Origin: Alkalispirochaeta sp.
GTDB lineage: Bacteria > Spirochaetota > Spirochaetia > DSM-27196 > Alkalispirochaetaceae
DNA: 64,000 nucleotides
Assembly: GCA_965242725.1 (NCBI GenBank)
Contig: CBDESZ010000021.1
Location: forward strand, 62,783 to 126,782
Reading direction: 5' to 3'
Part shown: in pieces, positions 40,195-49,732 of the stretch
Layout: every line of letters starts with the position of its first letter
Numbering within the stretch: the stretch's first letter is position 1
Made by a program: the position numbers and the translations under genes
The notes under the pieces: generated by a model
Databases searched by the model: none
Told to the model about the DNA's origin: nothing
The model's input: only the letters and a program-made list of their open reading frames with translations

Positions 40195-41769
40195 TCAACT
40201 TTTATTCAGGTCTTCGTCGACGGCTTCAAAAGGTTCATCGGGATCTTCCGCCTCCGATGGATCGATGCGCATCGGCACGACGTGCGTCGTAAAATCGTCT
40301 GAAACGTACTCAAGTCGTTTTATACCGCCGGCATCGACGATGAGCCGATATCGCCTCAGGAATTGTTCTCCGTTGCGGGAAAACTCCACAAGCATATTGA
40401 GATGGTATATGCGCTTGACGACGCGGGGGCGGACGTGGCGCTTGTCCCGGACCATCGGTACAAACCCGAATTGCACCCCCAGCTTCCGGAGGAAGGGGCG
40501 AACGTCGATCGTCGTGATATCGGCCACGCTGTTTACCCGGGTATGCAGTGCCCCGAGATTACGGCTCTTCAGTCGAATGCGCTTTTGATAGACAAGGGCG
40601 CTCTGATCGTCCATAGAAAAAATGACCCGCTCAAAGTAGCCGCGGTTACGGAGTTTTTTCACGGTATCCGGAAGATGTCGTTCATCCCGAAAACCGACCC
40701 GTTCCGAGAGAACGGCCAGGCGCCGCCGTGCCCGGGAATCACGAATAACCGTTTTACGCACCGGAAAGACCGATCCTATGCGCTGCATCAGAACGGCCCG
40801 GAAAGAGTCTTTCACTCGATCTTTCACCATATATCCAAGCACCAGGAGGACAAAGAGGGCCGTCGTGAAATTGCCGTATCGAATCTGACCGAAGAATGCG
40901 ACGCCCGTCGCGACGACCATGGCGATTCCTGCAGCGATGGCATAGAGGAGATGCTCGGTCCGCTTGGCCGTGTTTGTACGATCAACACCAAACAGTAACG
41001 CCTCGGTTACATAGTGTTTGAGCATTTTCTCCCGATATACGTACTCTTCCAGCTGTCGTTCCGTCCGTATGTGGGTCGGTACACTTGGATACCCTTTTCG
41101 CGCCCGGTACTTCTCTTCCTTCAGGACGATTTTTGCAATTCTGCGATACTGTCCATCCGGCTCCGTCCCACCCCACAGGCGAAGGACGAGGGTCAGATAC
41201 TTGCTGACCAGCAAAGAAAGGTGCTCGTCGACAATGTCCAGGTGCTTTCGCATCACCGCGTCGTCCTGATCCAGCTGTTCGAGGACCTCATTGCGAAGGA
41301 CGTGAAAGCGCTTTGCAACCTGATGCAATTCCTTTGCGGAGTCGTCGATACCGGCGGGAGGAGGGGTTTCCTCTCGCCGCACGGAAAGGTAAAAGTCCCG
41401 GAGGATCGATTTATAGACGCACCCAAGCAATTTTGATTCGTGAATAAACGAAGATCTATTGAACCCTTCGTCCCGGATCGCCGCATTCCTGACCATCCGT
41501 TCCACTCTGACCAGCGGCGACGCGTCGGATAACGGATCAAGTAATTCCGCCACACCGATATCCGGTGTATTGAAACGCAAATGGACCCGCAGCTGATCAA
41601 TCACGTCACGGGGATCGTATGTTGTCCGGGAAATTTCGAAGACTTTCGGGAAAAAGAAAAAGAATCGAACGGTGAACGTGTCCGTACGGTTTCTCTTCAC
41701 GGCGTCATACCGGAATTTGGTCTCGATGGAGTTCCGGTCCCGTTGTTTCACGACCATTGGATCTAACAT
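40195..41769 (-). CDS. Hypothetical membrane protein (524 aa, two central TM helices)
   Basis: Long ORF with GAGG RBS; hydrophobic pair LLYAIAAGIAMVVATGVAFFG / FTTALFVLLVLGYMV; no family recognised. Confidence 0.7.
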   Translation of the reverse strand: MLDPMVVKQRDRNSIETKFRYDAVKRNRTDTFTVRFFFFFPKVFEISRTTYDPRDVIDQLRVHLRFNTPDIGVAELLDPLSDASPLVRVERMVRNAAIRDEGFNRSSFIHESKLLGCVYKSILRDFYLSVRREETPPPAGIDDSAKELHQVAKRFHVLRNEVLEQLDQDDAVMRKHLDIVDEHLSLLVSKYLTLVLRLWGGTEPDGQYRRIAKIVLKEEKYRARKGYPSVPTHIRTERQLEEYVYREKMLKHYVTEALLFGVDRTNTAKRTEHLLYAIAAGIAMVVATGVAFFGQIRYGNFTTALFVLLVLGYMVKDRVKDSFRAVLMQRIGSVFPVRKTVIRDSRARRRLAVLSERVGFRDERHLPDTVKKLRNRGYFERVIFSMDDQSALVYQKRIRLKSRNLGALHTRVNSVADITTIDVRPFLRKLGVQFGFVPMVRDKRHVRPRVVKRIYHLNMLVEFSRNGEQFLRRYRLIVDAGGIKRLEYVSDDFTTHVVPMRIDPSEAEDPDEPFEAVDEDLNKS

Positions 41770-41874
41770 ATTCTGCCTCTGCGCCGGATCATCTCTTCAT
41801 TCTATACCGAATCGGGACGGTCCAACACGCCTCCCCGGATTGTGCGGCAATTCACTATTTGTCCTACCGGACGC

Positions 41875-42699
41875 TCAGGTCAGGTAACGTTCACCCCAAT
41901 CGAAGGCGACAATCAGTGCAGAAGACAGCCAGAACAGACCCAGTACGATCATATACGGTCCGAGCAGTCCGTCCGGGACCCAGAGTCGGGTCAGCAAGTC
42001 GGGAGTAATCGGAACCAGTGATTCAGGTGGAAGAAAGTTGGTTGTAGAGAGCATAACTCCGTGCAGTCCATGGAAGAGTATCGCAATAAAGATGCTGTGA
42101 TTCGATCGTTCAGCAACCCAGGTGAAGACGATTGTAAATGCGATTATATACAGTATCGACCAGATCGCCGGGACGTTGTGCATCCCCGTACCCAGAAAAA
42201 AGGTCGGCAGGTGCCATACCCAATGTATACACCCGAGAATGAGACTGGCAGGCAGCGGACCCATACGACGCAGTAACCTGGGAAGGGCAAAACCTCGCCA
42301 TCCCGGCTCCTCTCCGAGACCCGGCAAAAGAAGTTGGAACAGCATCACCTGGAAAATCACCGAGAACGCGGGTGTGCTTCGATTCCATTCCCCGCCAAAT
42401 GTGCGCCATAGAGCGACCCCGGCGAATCCCGCAGCCATGAACCCGATTGTGATGATCCCGTAGACATACCACGGCGCTCGTACCTGTATGTATCGCCGAA
42501 ACAGCGCTCGGAGTTCTTCCCCGCCGCCAAGGATCCCCGTTGTGATGATCGCGCCGAGAGATGGGCCAAAAATGATCCCGAGAACGAGTGGTACTTCGGG
42601 ACCGCCGGCGAGGATGAAGCCGGCCATCGTCCAGCTGATCGCGAGGGTGACCGTAAAGAAGACGATCAGTTCCCTGGTTGTCGAATCGTTTTTTGTCAT
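41875..42699 (-). CDS. CPBP (CAAX/Abi-type) intramembrane metalloprotease
   Basis: GEEPGWRGF, WVWHLP, AILFHGLH; multiple TM helices. Confidence 0.88.
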   Translation of the reverse strand: MTKNDSTTRELIVFFTVTLAISWTMAGFILAGGPEVPLVLGIIFGPSLGAIITTGILGGGEELRALFRRYIQVRAPWYVYGIITIGFMAAGFAGVALWRTFGGEWNRSTPAFSVIFQVMLFQLLLPGLGEEPGWRGFALPRLLRRMGPLPASLILGCIHWVWHLPTFFLGTGMHNVPAIWSILYIIAFTIVFTWVAERSNHSIFIAILFHGLHGVMLSTTNFLPPESLVPITPDLLTRLWVPDGLLGPYMIVLGLFWLSSALIVAFDWGERYLT

Positions 42700-42758
42700 G
42701 GTCACTACTATAGTGCGGAAGTGCCGACGGCTGATGTTACCCGTTATTCCACAACCGG

Positions 42759-43781
42759 TTATGAAGTGAATTTTCTGGATCGACGTTTATATTCGCTCGG
42801 GGTAACTCCCACCTGCTGACGAAAGACGGTATTGAACCGCGGCCCGGAGCCGAATCCGCTCATCGATGCGAGTGCAAGAATCGTGTACCGGTCATTCTCG
42901 GGGTCGGCAAGTCTCATCTTTACGTCCTCGATTCGGTATGTACGGATCAGCTCAGGGACCGACTTGCCAAGCTCGGAGTTCACCACCGACGATACCAACT
43001 TCATAGGAATGCCGAGGTCCCCGGCGATTTCACGGACCGTCAGATTCTGCCGACGATACGCTCCGGCGTCCAGGTACTGCGTGATCGCCGCGGCAACAAC
43101 ACGCACCTCTGCCGCCGAATCCAGGCGGGATGGGGGTCGGGGTCGCAGAGCGTCGGATGTTCCGCCGTTACCCAACTCATCGAACAGGAGCGCAAATATC
43201 GGTATGGCGAAAAGCAGCGTTGTGTTGAGCTCAACAACCTCACTGACCGGAAACACGGCTTTCACGATCCCATGTAATACAACGACGGTGCCGGTGGAGA
43301 TGATCGCCGTCACTAGCCAGGCAGAGGTCGCCTCCGCATGCCGTACGATTACCAGAGTGGTTACTACCAGGTACGTGCCGATCTGGACAAAAACGATAGC
43401 CGGCAGCGGGATCGCATACCGCGCAGGTAGAGGTGTGTGGATGAGCACTACGACGACAAGAGCCGGGATGTAGTGGACAAGATCAACGCAACGTACGGTT
43501 CGCCGCACTCGGTTTGTTGTATGCAGGAACAGTGCCGGCCCGATCGCGGCGAGCATGCCGTTACTGAGATTCTGGAGAACAGTGTCGCCGGAGGCGATAC
43601 CTGAAAGAAGGGTAAAGGCATTCAGTGGATGCAGTGAGAGTGAACAGATGAGTATTACGATATTGTTTACGGCGATAACCGGGATGTGACGACGGGTGGC
43701 GAAGTAGATCATCAGTATGACGCCTTGCAGCGCAACGAGCAGGTTTACAAGCGCGGTTATCGAGGCCACGGTCACCGTCAT
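42759..43781 (-). CDS. Membrane-bound AraC-family regulator
   Basis: About 6 N-terminal TM helices; C-terminal YTILALASMSGFGSGPRFNTVFRQQVGVTPSEY. Confidence 0.85.
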   Translation of the reverse strand: MTVTVASITALVNLLVALQGVILMIYFATRRHIPVIAVNNIVILICSLSLHPLNAFTLLSGIASGDTVLQNLSNGMLAAIGPALFLHTTNRVRRTVRCVDLVHYIPALVVVVLIHTPLPARYAIPLPAIVFVQIGTYLVVTTLVIVRHAEATSAWLVTAIISTGTVVVLHGIVKAVFPVSEVVELNTTLLFAIPIFALLFDELGNGGTSDALRPRPPSRLDSAAEVRVVAAAITQYLDAGAYRRQNLTVREIAGDLGIPMKLVSSVVNSELGKSVPELIRTYRIEDVKMRLADPENDRYTILALASMSGFGSGPRFNTVFRQQVGVTPSEYKRRSRKFTS

Positions 43782-43835
43782 CGGGACGATTGTACATTGA
43801 ACGCGGGCAAAGTGTCGCTTTTACCGATTTTTTTC

Positions 43836-43890
43836 TTGACAGATCCGGTGGACCATTCGATAATACCAAATGTTATAAATGATTTTATAA
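43836..43890 (+). promoter_or_regulatory. Sigma70-like promoter with a downstream inverted repeat (candidate GntR operator)
   Basis: TTGACA 43836-41, 17 bp, GATAAT 43859-64; TTATAAA-TGAT-TTTATAA 43873-90. Confidence 0.6.
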
Positions 43891-43912
43891 AATATAAAAC
43901 AAGGAAGCGCCG

Positions 43913-44626
43913 GTGTATAAGACAAAAGCTGAACATGTATACGAAATGCTCAAGAGCGACATCATTTCAGGCCGCTACTCGCCAAAAGAACCGATGCGGC
44001 TGAACAGGCTCAGCCAGGACATGGAAGTAAGCATCGTACCGGTGCGGGAAGCCCTCGTTCAGCTCGAGCGGGAGCGTCTGCTGGTACAGACGCCGCATCA
44101 AGGCTACACCGTTGCACCCATGTCGATGTCCGAGTTCAAAGAGCTCGTCGCACTCCGGCAGGCACTTGAGGAAATGGCCATTCCGTATGTTCTCACACAG
44201 ATTACAAAGCAGGCCCTTGACGCCTTGTCCGACCTGGTAGACCGGATGCGGTCACAACTGGAGACCGACACTGGCACGGGTACAAAAAGCGATCGTGATC
44301 GCTATGTGGTGTTTATGTCGCTGAACCGCAAGTTCCATCTCGGTATTGCCAAAACCGCCGGTTTCACCCTCCTGCCGCAGATGCTCGGCAACCTGCTGGA
44401 TCTCAGTCAGCGTTACATCAATACAATTGAAAGTCACTACGGTATTCGGCAGGTCGACATCGACGAGCATGAAGCTATCGTGGAAGCGATTCGGGCCAAC
44501 GACGCAGACACGCTCAGGGAACTTTATGGCCGCCATTTCCAACGGATTCTCGATGAATTTACCTCGTACATGAACGTGAACGGTATCCGGACGTTTGATT
44601 TACGGGAAAGGGGCATTCATGAGTAA
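43913..44626 (+). CDS. GntR-family regulator (FCD domain)
   Basis: VSIVPVREALVQLE..PHQGYTV; NRKFH; DEHEAIVEAI..D. Confidence 0.9.
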   Translation: MYKTKAEHVYEMLKSDIISGRYSPKEPMRLNRLSQDMEVSIVPVREALVQLERERLLVQTPHQGYTVAPMSMSEFKELVALRQALEEMAIPYVLTQITKQALDALSDLVDRMRSQLETDTGTGTKSDRDRYVVFMSLNRKFHLGIAKTAGFTLLPQMLGNLLDLSQRYINTIESHYGIRQVDIDEHEAIVEAIRANDADTLRELYGRHFQRILDEFTSYMNVNGIRTFDLRERGIHE

Positions 44627-45773
44627 AGGTTTTACCGGTCTTCCGGAATCGACATTCAGGCAGCGGATTCAGCAGATCTGCGTGGAATTGGAGGAGAGAC
44701 GTTTGGACGCACTGTTCGTCTTCTCCGACGAGTATCGTCCGGGGTCGACGCTCTACCTCGCCGATTACTATCCCATCAACGTCATAGAAGAGTCGCCACA
44801 GGGCGTCTACGTTTCTGCAAAAGGTGACGTCGTCTTGTTTCTCGGTGCCATTAACGCAGTTACCGCGCGGGAGATCAGCTGGATCGAGGATATTCGGTTC
44901 ATCGATACCCTTGATGACTTCTTTGCGGAGGAAAAGGCACGCCTCGGTCGACCAATCCGTGCGGGACTTGCAGGAGAGGCGCTTCTGCCGGTCAAGTACC
45001 AACGACGCCTGACGGGAATCCTCGAAAACAACGACTTCATTGTCGCCGACGACATCATCCAGCGTATGCGGTTGATCAAGAGCCCAGACGAAGTTGAGCG
45101 AATGGAGGCTGCGGGCAAGCTGGCAGACGCAGCGATATCCGCCGCAATCGAACGTCTCCAGCAGGGCAACACGAACGAGGTTGAGGTTGCGGCGTACGGG
45201 GAGTTTGTGATCCGAAAGGCCGGCGGCGGCATCGGGAGCGCAACAGTACTTGCGTCTGGAGTGAATACTGAAAAGCCGACGTGGCGACCAAACCAAAAAA
45301 GAATTGAACCCGGTGAAGTGGTGCTCCTCGATTTCAATCCGAGCTTGCAGGGATACTGCGCGGATACTGCCGTGACGGTCATTCACGGTGAAGCACCGGC
45401 CAGACAAGCCGACATCGTCCGACTCGGCGTTGAGACGCTGCAGGGGGCGGTCGAGTTCGCCCGTCCCGGCGAACCGGCCTCGACGATTTACGACTACTTC
45501 CTGAGAGAAATGCAAAAGGCCGGGTACGAGGAAGAGTTCAGACGGTTTGCCCAGGGTACGCGGGCGGTTGGCCACAGCGTCGGCCTGGACGTAGTCGAAT
45601 GGCCGGACCTGGATAGGGATTCATCTCAAATTCTGGAGCCGGGAATGGTATTTGCCGTGAAATTCGATCTCCACGGATTCGATTTCGGCGGCATTCGCCA
45701 GGAGGTGGAAATGGTGGTAGAGAAAAACTCGTGCCGGTCTTTGAATCAGATCATCTACGAGATCCTCCAGTGA
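44619..45773 (+). CDS. M24 (Xaa-Pro peptidase/creatinase-like) family protein with an atypical active site
   Basis: Creatinase-N-like start; RLIKSPDEVERM; LLDF...GYCADT; GHSVGL; LEPGMVFAVK; GGIRQE. Confidence 0.85.
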   Translation: MSKGFTGLPESTFRQRIQQICVELEERRLDALFVFSDEYRPGSTLYLADYYPINVIEESPQGVYVSAKGDVVLFLGAINAVTAREISWIEDIRFIDTLDDFFAEEKARLGRPIRAGLAGEALLPVKYQRRLTGILENNDFIVADDIIQRMRLIKSPDEVERMEAAGKLADAAISAAIERLQQGNTNEVEVAAYGEFVIRKAGGGIGSATVLASGVNTEKPTWRPNQKRIEPGEVVLLDFNPSLQGYCADTAVTVIHGEAPARQADIVRLGVETLQGAVEFARPGEPASTIYDYFLREMQKAGYEEEFRRFAQGTRAVGHSVGLDVVEWPDLDRDSSQILEPGMVFAVKFDLHGFDFGGIRQEVEMVVEKNSCRSLNQIIYEILQ

Positions 45774-46023
45774 TCGATGGTACCGACGACCGGCATCTTC
45801 TGTGGCAGAACCCGAACGGCGCCGCGCGGTTCAGCCGACAGAAGACACGGCTTACCTGTGAAGTCTTTGGCGGATCATTGTTGCACGGTGTTTCGTACCG
45901 AGGCGACTCAGGGGAACCGTCGGCAATGGTGGTCGCACCATACCGAAGGAGGTGCTGAATCATAGAAATGTTGTTTCTGAGTGAAGGAATTTCGGATGCA
46001 CCTACGCATCAAAGGAGTAAGAA

Positions 46024-47028
46024 ATGAAAAAGAGATGGTTGGCTGGAGCACTCGTACTGCTGGCAGCCCTATTGCCGGTTTGGGCCAGTGGTTCAACCGA
46101 AGAAGGACAGGAAACATATACCCTGCGATTTGCGATCGTTTCAGGCCCCGCGCACACCCATAACCGGGCAATTGCGGCCTGGGCCGAACAGGTAGCCGAA
46201 GAGACCAACGGACGGCTTGAAATCCGCCTGCTCGGCGGCGGCCAGCTCGGTGGTGAACGGGACTACATCGAAGGGATGCAGCTCGGCAATATCGACATGG
46301 CACAGGTGTCGACAGGACCGATTGCGTCGTTCGTCCCGGATTTTGCGGCGCTGTCACTGCCGTACGTCGTGACCAGTTACGAGCAGATTGAGTCGCTGGT
46401 AACGGGACCGGTCGGTGATTATCTGTTCGCAGAGCTGGAAGAGTCCGGCGGAATTAAAGGATTGACGTGGTTCACCAACGGCTTCCGTTCGGTGTTTACC
46501 CGGGACGTTCCCGTCGAAAACCCTGAAGATCTCGCGGGACAGAAGATTCGCGTCATGGAAAGCCCTCTTATGGTCTCCACCCTCAACGCGATGGGCGCGT
46601 CGGCGACGCCGATGGCCTATGGTGAGTTGTACACCGCGCTGCAGCAGGGCGTTATGGATGGAGCGGAAAACGCTCCGGGTAATGTACTGAACGACCGCTT
46701 CTATGAAGTGACCAACTACTTCTCCGCGACACGGCACTTTGCCCCGCCGGGAGTGGTGGCGATCAGCATGAACGCCTTCAATTCACTGCCGCCGGATCTT
46801 CAGGAATATCTGGTGGAAGCTTCTCTCGAGCTGGGACGAATGGAGCGCGCCCTCGATGAGGAAGAACAGGAGCGGGCGATCGCGGCACTCGAAGAAGCGG
46901 GTATGACGGTAATTCGTAATCCCAATGTCACGGCTTTCCGGGATTCCGTCCGACCTGTGGTGGAGCGGTTCGGCAATGAGCTCAACCCTGAACTGATGGC
47001 CCTTCTCCGGGAAGAAATCGGCATGTAG
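46024..47028 (+). CDS. dctP: TRAP transporter substrate-binding protein
   Basis: GQLGGE..G.ID; NGFR; DLAGQKIRVM; GELYTALQQGVMDGAEN. Confidence 0.93.
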   Translation: MKKRWLAGALVLLAALLPVWASGSTEEGQETYTLRFAIVSGPAHTHNRAIAAWAEQVAEETNGRLEIRLLGGGQLGGERDYIEGMQLGNIDMAQVSTGPIASFVPDFAALSLPYVVTSYEQIESLVTGPVGDYLFAELEESGGIKGLTWFTNGFRSVFTRDVPVENPEDLAGQKIRVMESPLMVSTLNAMGASATPMAYGELYTALQQGVMDGAENAPGNVLNDRFYEVTNYFSATRHFAPPGVVAISMNAFNSLPPDLQEYLVEASLELGRMERALDEEEQERAIAALEEAGMTVIRNPNVTAFRDSVRPVVERFGNELNPELMALLREEIGM

Positions 47029-47034
47029 CCGGGC

Positions 47035-47089
47035 ATGGGTCATCCTCGTCCTTCCGTCGCCCGCGGCGACGGGGGATGGGATGATCCAT
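47035..47089 (+). other. Long GC-rich stem-loop after dctP (mRNA stabiliser or partial terminator)
   Basis: ATGGGTCATCC..TCCTTCCGTCGCC-CGC-GGCGACGGGGGA..GGATGATCCAT. Confidence 0.6.
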
Positions 47090-47124
47090 TCATACATTGA
47101 CCTACGTGAAAGGGGGTATACCGG

Positions 47125-47619
47125 ATGCGTAAGTCCATTATTTCGATAATAGATTCCGCAACGATAGTGACGCTGGTTCTGCTTGCAATAGTCATGGTCA
47201 GCATTACCTTTGCCCAGGTGTTTGCCCGGTATGTCCTTTCCGCACCGCTCTTCTGGTCCGAGGAACTGGCCCGATACTGCTTTGTCTGGATCGTCTTTAT
47301 CGGCGCCGGTGCGGCACTCAAGCGGGGCGCCCACATTGGCGTCGATTACTTCGTGCAGCATCTCTCGGAAAAGGTAGTCAATCGCATTGCGATTCCGGTC
47401 CGACTGCTGATGATGTTCTTTCTTGGGACGGTCATTGTGAATGCGATACCGGTGATCGAGAGGAACATGTCTCAACTGTCACCGGCTGTCGGACTTCCCA
47501 TGGGCATTGTCTACCTTGCCATCCCGATCGGATCGGCAATCATGCTCATTTACACGTTTGATGAGCTGATCGACCTACTGCGCCCGAAAGGACCGACAGA
47601 TTCCAGGGAGGAAGCGTAA
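47125..47619 (+). CDS. dctQ: TRAP transporter small permease
   Basis: QVFARYV..WSEELARY..W..FIGA..HIGVD; 4 TM helices. Confidence 0.92.
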   Translation: MRKSIISIIDSATIVTLVLLAIVMVSITFAQVFARYVLSAPLFWSEELARYCFVWIVFIGAGAALKRGAHIGVDYFVQHLSEKVVNRIAIPVRLLMMFFLGTVIVNAIPVIERNMSQLSPAVGLPMGIVYLAIPIGSAIMLIYTFDELIDLLRPKGPTDSREEA

Positions 47620-47621
47620 CC

Positions 47622-48896
47622 ATGCTCCCGATTCTATTCATCACATTTATCGTTCTGGTGTTCGTCAATACTCCGGTCGCATTTGCAATGGGCATCGCGT
47701 CTCTATTCGCGGTATGGCTGGGGGGCTCGTTGCCGCTCAATATGCTCGTCACACGAATGTTTGTTGCCGTCGACTCGTTCCCGCTGATGGCGATTCCTTT
47801 TTTCATATTGGCGGGAGAACTCATGAACGCGGGCGGCATCACCCGACGCATTGTCGAGTTTTCGCGGGCCCTTGTCGGCCACATCCGCGGGGGACTTGCC
47901 CACGTCAATATCGTCGCCAGTATGTTCTTTTCCGGCATCTCCGGCTCCGCCACCGCCGATTCATCGGCCCTTGGTTCGATGCTCATTCCCGTAATGGTCG
48001 AAGACGGGTACAGCAGTGAGTTCAGTGTCGCCGTCACGGCAACCTCCTCTACCATCGGTCCCGTCATTCCGCCAAGCATCATGATGGTGCTCTTCGGTGT
48101 CGTTGCAAATGAGTCCATCGCGGCGCTTTTTCTCGCGGGAATCGTACCCGGTGTGAGTGTCGGGATCGGACTAATGGTGACTGCGTACATAATTTCCGTA
48201 CGTCGAGGCTATGGTTCCACCACAAAGTTCTCGTGGTCAACGCTCTTCCGATCGCTGCGCCACGCGGTATTACCGCTCATGATGCCCATTATCATTCTCG
48301 GCGGCGTACTCTCCGGCGTTTTTACGGCGACAGAAGCGGGTGTCGTCGCGACGGTATACGCCCTGATCGTCGGCCTCTTCGTGTATAAGACAATAACCTT
48401 CCGCGAGCTTCCGGAGGTCATCGTGAGATCGGCGATTACAACAACCATCGCACTGTTCGTCATCGCAACCGCTTCGATCTTCGGCTGGCTGCTAGCGTGG
48501 GAAGGCTTTCCGCAGATGATCATGGAAGTCCTGCTCTCAATTAGCCAGACCCCGGTAGTTGTGGAGCTCTTGATTATCGGGATCATCCTTCTCCTCGGCC
48601 TCTTTGTCGAAGGCATCCCCGTTCTCATCATCTTTGCGCCTATTTTCGTCCCAGTCATCGGAGCGCTCGGTATAGATCTGGTGCAGTTCGGTGTGGTTTT
48701 TGTGATGGCGGTACTCGTGGGATCGGTGACGCCGCCGGTCGGAATTCTGCTTTACATTTGCTGCGGGATCGCCGGTATTCCGGTTTCGCAGGCAAGCAGA
48801 ATGATCTGGCCGTTCGTACTCACGATGGTCCTGGTCATTGTGCTTTTTGTCCTGTTTCCGGGTATCGTTACGCTGATTCCCGATATGGTGCTTTAG
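47622..48896 (+). CDS. dctM: TRAP transporter large permease
   Basis: AIPFFILAGELM; FSGISGSATAD; IPPSI; FTATEA; TPPVG. Confidence 0.94.
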   Translation: MLPILFITFIVLVFVNTPVAFAMGIASLFAVWLGGSLPLNMLVTRMFVAVDSFPLMAIPFFILAGELMNAGGITRRIVEFSRALVGHIRGGLAHVNIVASMFFSGISGSATADSSALGSMLIPVMVEDGYSSEFSVAVTATSSTIGPVIPPSIMMVLFGVVANESIAALFLAGIVPGVSVGIGLMVTAYIISVRRGYGSTTKFSWSTLFRSLRHAVLPLMMPIIILGGVLSGVFTATEAGVVATVYALIVGLFVYKTITFRELPEVIVRSAITTTIALFVIATASIFGWLLAWEGFPQMIMEVLLSISQTPVVVELLIIGIILLLGLFVEGIPVLIIFAPIFVPVIGALGIDLVQFGVVFVMAVLVGSVTPPVGILLYICCGIAGIPVSQASRMIWPFVLTMVLVIVLFVLFPGIVTLIPDMVL

Positions 48897-48899
48897 GAT

Positions 48900-48929
48900 G
48901 AAGGGAGCGGATATTCGGCACTCCCCTTC
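48900..48929. terminator. Hairpin between the convergent TRAP operons
   Basis: GAAGGGAG...CTCCCCTTC in the 38-bp gap between converging stop codons. Confidence 0.5.
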
Positions 48930-48934
48930 AACAC

Positions 48935-49657
48935 TCAACCGTTGCTCGTATGGAGCAGCTTCCGCAATCGACGGACCGGGTTTTCCAGATGGTGGAGCAT
49001 CGCGACAGCTGCGCCGGTCCCGTCGCCCGTTTTGATTAAATCGAGAATCGCTTTATGCTCGTGGAGTTCTTCCACAAGCGTTTCTTTTTTGTTGACCTTG
49101 AAATAGACGTCACGACGGGCGAGTGCGAGTTTATCCCGTATTCCGGCAAACATTTCTATGAGAATCGAATTTCCCGACGCTTCGTACAGTTTCTCGTGGA
49201 ATGCCATGCCGAGTTCAAAATGGTATTCGTTGTGGTCAACCGCGTCGAGGGAACGGTTTACTATGTTTTCCATTTCCGCGATCCGCTCTTTGTCGGGGTA
49301 AGCCGCGGCATGCCAGCACAACCCCGGTTCGACAATGAGCCGCGCCTCCAGAAGTTCGATCAGCGCTTCTTCCACGTCCGCGGCATCAAGGGACGATTGA
49401 AAACGAATCAACCGGACGCGCTCCGAAGCGTTCTCCGCGACAAATGTTCCGCGTCCCGGCATAGAGACGAGCAACCCGACGATCTCAAGTGCCTTTATCG
49501 ATTCACGAACGGAGTTGCGACTCACCTCAAACTGTTCGGAAAGAGAAACTTCACCGGGAATCTTACCGCCCCGTGCCCATTGTCCGCTGGCGATGAGTTC
49601 TATCATTTGAGTTGAAATTTCTTCGTGTAATGTGCGACGACGGGCCGGCTGTATCAT
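48935..49657 (-). CDS. FadR/GntR-family regulator
   Basis: KIPGEVSLSEQFEVSRNSVRESIKAL..GRGTFV; LLEARLIVE; FH..SGN; EHKAI. Confidence 0.92.
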   Translation of the reverse strand: MIQPARRRTLHEEISTQMIELIASGQWARGGKIPGEVSLSEQFEVSRNSVRESIKALEIVGLLVSMPGRGTFVAENASERVRLIRFQSSLDAADVEEALIELLEARLIVEPGLCWHAAAYPDKERIAEMENIVNRSLDAVDHNEYHFELGMAFHEKLYEASGNSILIEMFAGIRDKLALARRDVYFKVNKKETLVEELHEHKAILDLIKTGDGTGAAVAMLHHLENPVRRLRKLLHTSNG

Positions 49658-49732
49658 AGTTCCTCTTTGTGGTTATCCAGAGGATAGAGCATTCAGCCGG
49701 CCCGAACAAGGGGAGGATACCGGTACCGATAC

